Origin: a virus
Lineage: Duplodnaviria > Caudoviricetes
Virus record (IMG/VR): IMGVR_UViG_3300033480_000013
Span: 1-28,291 of that record
Direction: 5' to 3' (one strand)
DNA: 28,291 bases
This document shows positions 25,388 through 28,291 of this stretch, piece after piece. The notes beneath the pieces are model-generated. The model did no database searches. It had not been told where the DNA came from and was given only the letters and a program-made list of their open reading frames with translations. The first letter of the stretch is position 1; every line of letters starts with the position of its first letter. A program made the translations under genes and the position numbers.

Positions 25388-25810
25388 GTGACGGCCTCCG
25401 AGTTCAAGGCGCTTTTCCCGCAGTTCACGTCGGAGACGGACGCCCGGGTCCTGATCGTCATGGGCCTGGCCGCTCCGCACTTCGACGTGACCCGCTGGGG
25501 CGACTTCTACTCGGAGGGCCTCGCCAACTGGGTCGCGCACTCGATCGTGGTGGCCAATGCCGAGGCGACCGCGTCCACAAGCGTGATCGATGCCGACGAC
25601 GCCACGACCGAGACGTTCTCCCGCATTTCGACCACGCGCTCGCCCGAGCTGGCCAAGATGGCGGCCACCGACCCGTACATGCGTACCACCTACGGGCGCC
25701 GCTACGCCTACCTGCGCCGCATGGTGGGCCTGGGCGGGGTGGTGGTGCACTCCGGTTCTTGCGTCGTTTCGGCGGTGGAAACGGAGTGCGCCTGTGTCGA
25801 CAGCGACTGA
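25388..25810 (+). CDS. Head-tail adaptor (DUF4054-like)
   Basis: FKALFPQF, WVAH, TTYGRRY; follows the major capsid gene. Confidence 0.82.
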   Translation: MTASEFKALFPQFTSETDARVLIVMGLAAPHFDVTRWGDFYSEGLANWVAHSIVVANAEATASTSVIDADDATTETFSRISTTRSPELAKMAATDPYMRTTYGRRYAYLRRMVGLGGVVVHSGSCVVSAVETECACVDSD

Positions 25811-26174
25811 GCGCGCGGAGGCGACGGCCTACCGGCAAATCACGAAGTACGGCACCACCGGCATCCTCACGCGCAAGGTGTTGGCGTCGGTCTCGACCGC
25901 AGGAGCCGTCACCTACGGGACGGCCCTGACCGACACCCTCAAGTGCGTCTTCCTGCCCCTGAGCGAGTACACCGACAACCTGGAGGAGCGAAACTCGCTC
26001 GCCCAGCGGGGGGTGCGGTATCTCGCGATGGCTGCCCGGGACTTGTCGCTCGAGCCGCGCCCTCAGGACACGGTCACGATCGGCGCCACCGTCTGGGACA
26101 TTCAATCTTCCACCCCCATCAACCCCGACGGCGCGCACCCAATCTCCCACTGTGCGCTGGTGGTGAAACTGTGA
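25794..26174 (+). CDS. Head closure/neck protein
   Basis: Gene position; ITKYG...LTR, PRPQDTVTIG, INPDG; GTG 25794 with GGAG upstream. Confidence 0.7.
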   Translation: MSTATERAEATAYRQITKYGTTGILTRKVLASVSTAGAVTYGTALTDTLKCVFLPLSEYTDNLEERNSLAQRGVRYLAMAARDLSLEPRPQDTVTIGATVWDIQSSTPINPDGAHPISHCALVVKL

Positions 26175-26563
26175 ACTTCACGCTGGACCTCCAGAAGTGG
26201 GCCAAGGGCGCCAAGCACACCATTGGCGAGATCCGCCGGTACGTGCTTATCAACATGGGGGGCGCCATCATCGCCGATACGCCAGTCGCGACCGGGATGC
26301 TCCAGGGCAACTGGCAGACGAGCGTCGGGGCGCCCAAGACGTCCGAGGTGCCACTGCGCCCGGCCAACATGGCACAGGCAGAGTTGGTCAACGCTGCGGC
26401 GACCGTCAAGGGCGATCAGCCGGTCTACATCGTCAACCACTGCCCCTATGCCCGCGCCATCGAATACGGCCATTCCAAGAAGCGGCCCGAGGGAATGGTC
26501 CGCAAGAACGTGGCCAAGTTCCAGCGTGTCGTGAAGAACGCCGTCCGGGAGGGCAAGCTGTGA
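26171..26563 (+). CDS. HK97 gp10-like neck/tail completion protein
   Basis: TPVATGMLQGNW, YARAIEYGHS, PEGMVR. Confidence 0.85.
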   Translation: MNFTLDLQKWAKGAKHTIGEIRRYVLINMGGAIIADTPVATGMLQGNWQTSVGAPKTSEVPLRPANMAQAELVNAAATVKGDQPVYIVNHCPYARAIEYGHSKKRPEGMVRKNVAKFQRVVKNAVREGKL

Positions 26564-26967
26564 CGTGCCAGGCGGTCCATACGGCGCTCACGACCGCGAT
26601 CCTGACGTCGCTCGGCTCGACGCCTGTAGATCGCGAGAATGCCCCATTTACCAAGCCCGCAGATTCCGTGTGGGCCCGCCTCACGTACCTGCCCAACCTG
26701 CCGAGCGTCGAGACTCTAAGCGACAACGGCCAGGACATGGAGGACGGGATCGTCCAGATCGATTTCATGTTCCCGACCGGGGGCGGCGACAAGGCGGCAG
26801 ACGACGTGACCGAGACGTTTCGGGCTGCCTTCAAGGCCGGCAAGAAGCTCACCTCGAGCGGCCAGGCCGTCACGATCACCAACTGCGGCAGGTCGCCCGG
26901 CCGCAAGGAAGACAACTGGTTCATCGTCAGCGTGACCATCAGTTGGTACGCGCTCGTTTCGAGATGA
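26560..26967 (+). CDS. Tail terminator-like protein
   Basis: ENAPFTKP, WARL, GIVQID..P.G.G; lies just before the tail tube. Confidence 0.78.
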   Translation: MTCQAVHTALTTAILTSLGSTPVDRENAPFTKPADSVWARLTYLPNLPSVETLSDNGQDMEDGIVQIDFMFPTGGGDKAADDVTETFRAAFKAGKKLTSSGQAVTITNCGRSPGRKEDNWFIVSVTISWYALVSR

Positions 26968-26985
26968 CGACACAAGGAGAACACC

Positions 26986-27900
26986 ATGGCTGATGGCTCA
27001 AGGCACTCACTGCACTACATCGTCGAGGTCGTTTACGGGACATGCCCCGCGACTCCGGCGTTCAAGCCCATTCGCCACCGCGGCGTCAGCGGTGGGCTCA
27101 CGAAGGACACCTTCCAGAGCGAGACCCTGCGGTCAGACCGTCAGATCGAAGACCTGCGGCACGGGGCCCGCAAGGTGGCGTTCGACATCCCGATCGAGTG
27201 GAGCTACACGTCGTTCGACGATCTGCTCGAGGCGACTCTATGCGGGACCTGGAGCGCGAACGTCCTAAAGGCCGGCACCACCCGCCGGTCCTACGCGATC
27301 GAGAGCCACTTCGCCGACGTCGCGACCGGCGGCTACCACCTGTTCGAGGGCTGCGTCTTCAACAAGGCGCAGTTCCAGATCGACGCCAACGCGATGGTGA
27401 CGGGCTCCTTCGGCGTCGTGGGCCAGGACAACACGGTCGGCGATGCCGCGACGGGCGGCGCTTCCTATGCGGACCCCGCCACCACATCGCCGTTCGATGC
27501 CTTCACGGGCACCATCGACGAGGGCGGATCTCCCATCGCGACTGTCACCGCGATCTCGCTCGACCTCGACAACGGCGTGGAGCCTCGGTTCGTGGTCGGG
27601 TCCGACCTGACGCTGCTGCCCTCCATCGGGCGATCGACCCTCACGGGCCAGGTCACGGCCTACTTCGAGAACAGCACGCTGCTGAATAAGTTCATCAACG
27701 AGACCGAAAGCTCCATCGAGGTCGAGCTCGAAGACGTGGCGGGCAACACGCTGACCATTCTGCTGCCGCGGATCAAGTACACCGGCGGCCCGGTCAACGT
27801 CGGCGGGTTCGGCCCCCTGACGGTCGCGCTCCCATTCCAGGCCCTCTACGAGGCCTACACCAACGACAGCAACATCGTCATCACGCGCGCCGCCGCATAG
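26986..27900 (+). CDS. Tail tube (major tail) protein
   Basis: E..YGT.P, SETLRSDRQ, RRSYAIE, GQVTAYFEN, LPRIKY; strong RBS; no sheath gene precedes it. Confidence 0.88.
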   Translation: MADGSRHSLHYIVEVVYGTCPATPAFKPIRHRGVSGGLTKDTFQSETLRSDRQIEDLRHGARKVAFDIPIEWSYTSFDDLLEATLCGTWSANVLKAGTTRRSYAIESHFADVATGGYHLFEGCVFNKAQFQIDANAMVTGSFGVVGQDNTVGDAATGGASYADPATTSPFDAFTGTIDEGGSPIATVTAISLDLDNGVEPRFVVGSDLTLLPSIGRSTLTGQVTAYFENSTLLNKFINETESSIEVELEDVAGNTLTILLPRIKYTGGPVNVGGFGPLTVALPFQALYEAYTNDSNIVITRAAA

Positions 27901-27902
27901 CC

Positions 27903-28291
27903 ATGGACAAGGAAGCATTCTTCACGAGAGACAAGGCCAACGCGGGCATTCGACTATCGCTGTTCGACCCGGCAACGAACAAGCCAACCGAGCACTGGTT
28001 GCTGGTGCTCGGGCGCGACTCCGATGCCTACGTCAAGCAGGAGCTGGAGAACGAGCGGAGGCTCATGGAGATAGCGCGCGAGGACGCAGGCGCGGACGAG
28101 AAAACCCGCGCCAAGGCGTTCGCGGTCAAGTTCGTCGAGGGGGCGGTCGCGCGCCGGCGCCTCAAGACGTCCGCTCTTGTGGCGGGGTGGAGCTTCCCCG
28201 GCGAGTGCACGCGCGAGGCAGTGGTCGAGCTACTGGAGAAGGTCCCCCAGATCGAGCGCGAGCTGCGGGCCATGGAGGAAGACCAGACCCT
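27903..28291 (+). CDS. Tail assembly chaperone, truncated by the window edge
   Basis: MDKEAFFTRDKANAGIRLSL...VLGRDSDAY...LVAGWSF...; open to the end of the window; follows the tail tube. Confidence 0.75.
   Translation, partial: MDKEAFFTRDKANAGIRLSLFDPATNKPTEHWLLVLGRDSDAYVKQELENERRLMEIAREDAGADEKTRAKAFAVKFVEGAVARRRLKTSALVAGWSFPGECTREAVVELLEKVPQIERELRAMEEDQT

Noticed and set aside
23650-25929. Long alternative + frames 23650-24816 and 24913-25929
   Set aside because: Low-complexity R/P/S/G translations with no motifs, unlike the methyltransferase beta frame.
1-28291. tRNA, CRISPR array, integrase/att site, IS element, reverse transcriptase/DGR, intrinsic terminators
   Set aside because: None recognised by eye. 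Intergenic space is minimal, and no regular repeat-spacer array or convincing hairpin plus U-tract was seen.
27903-28291. Tail chaperone programmed frameshift site
   Set aside because: Expected near the end of the gene, which lies beyond the window.

Overview
A high-GC fragment of a tailed dsDNA phage or prophage with siphovirus-type tail genes. It is coded almost entirely on the + strand with chained stop/start overlaps. Order: small early genes and a LexA-type DNA-binding-domain-only protein; a replication initiator carrying phased iteron-like repeats; DnaB; an SF2 helicase and an N4/N6 DNA methyltransferase; a C5 cytosine methyltransferase whose motifs are split across two overlapping reading frames; an SLT transglycosylase; a Lar-like protein; a GIY-YIG nuclease; TerS, TerL and a DUF1073-type portal. 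An ~8 kb accessory block then interrupts the head module. It holds small ORFs, a two-domain glycosyltransferase, FkbM- and TylF-family O-methyltransferases, two sulfotransferases and a short leftward operon. After it come MuF/gp7, the DUF2213 protease with a nested scaffold start, a decoration protein, the DUF2184 major capsid protein, neck genes, tail terminator, tail tube and a truncated tail chaperone. The most notable features are (1) the glycan building/O-methylation/sulfation cassette inside the head module, (2) the dual-frame methyltransferase with five tandem W[PA]TP repeats, and (3) an 11-bp promoter-like motif, GTACCACGCGA, in front of each late module. All family calls come from motifs recognised by eye; no database searches were run.
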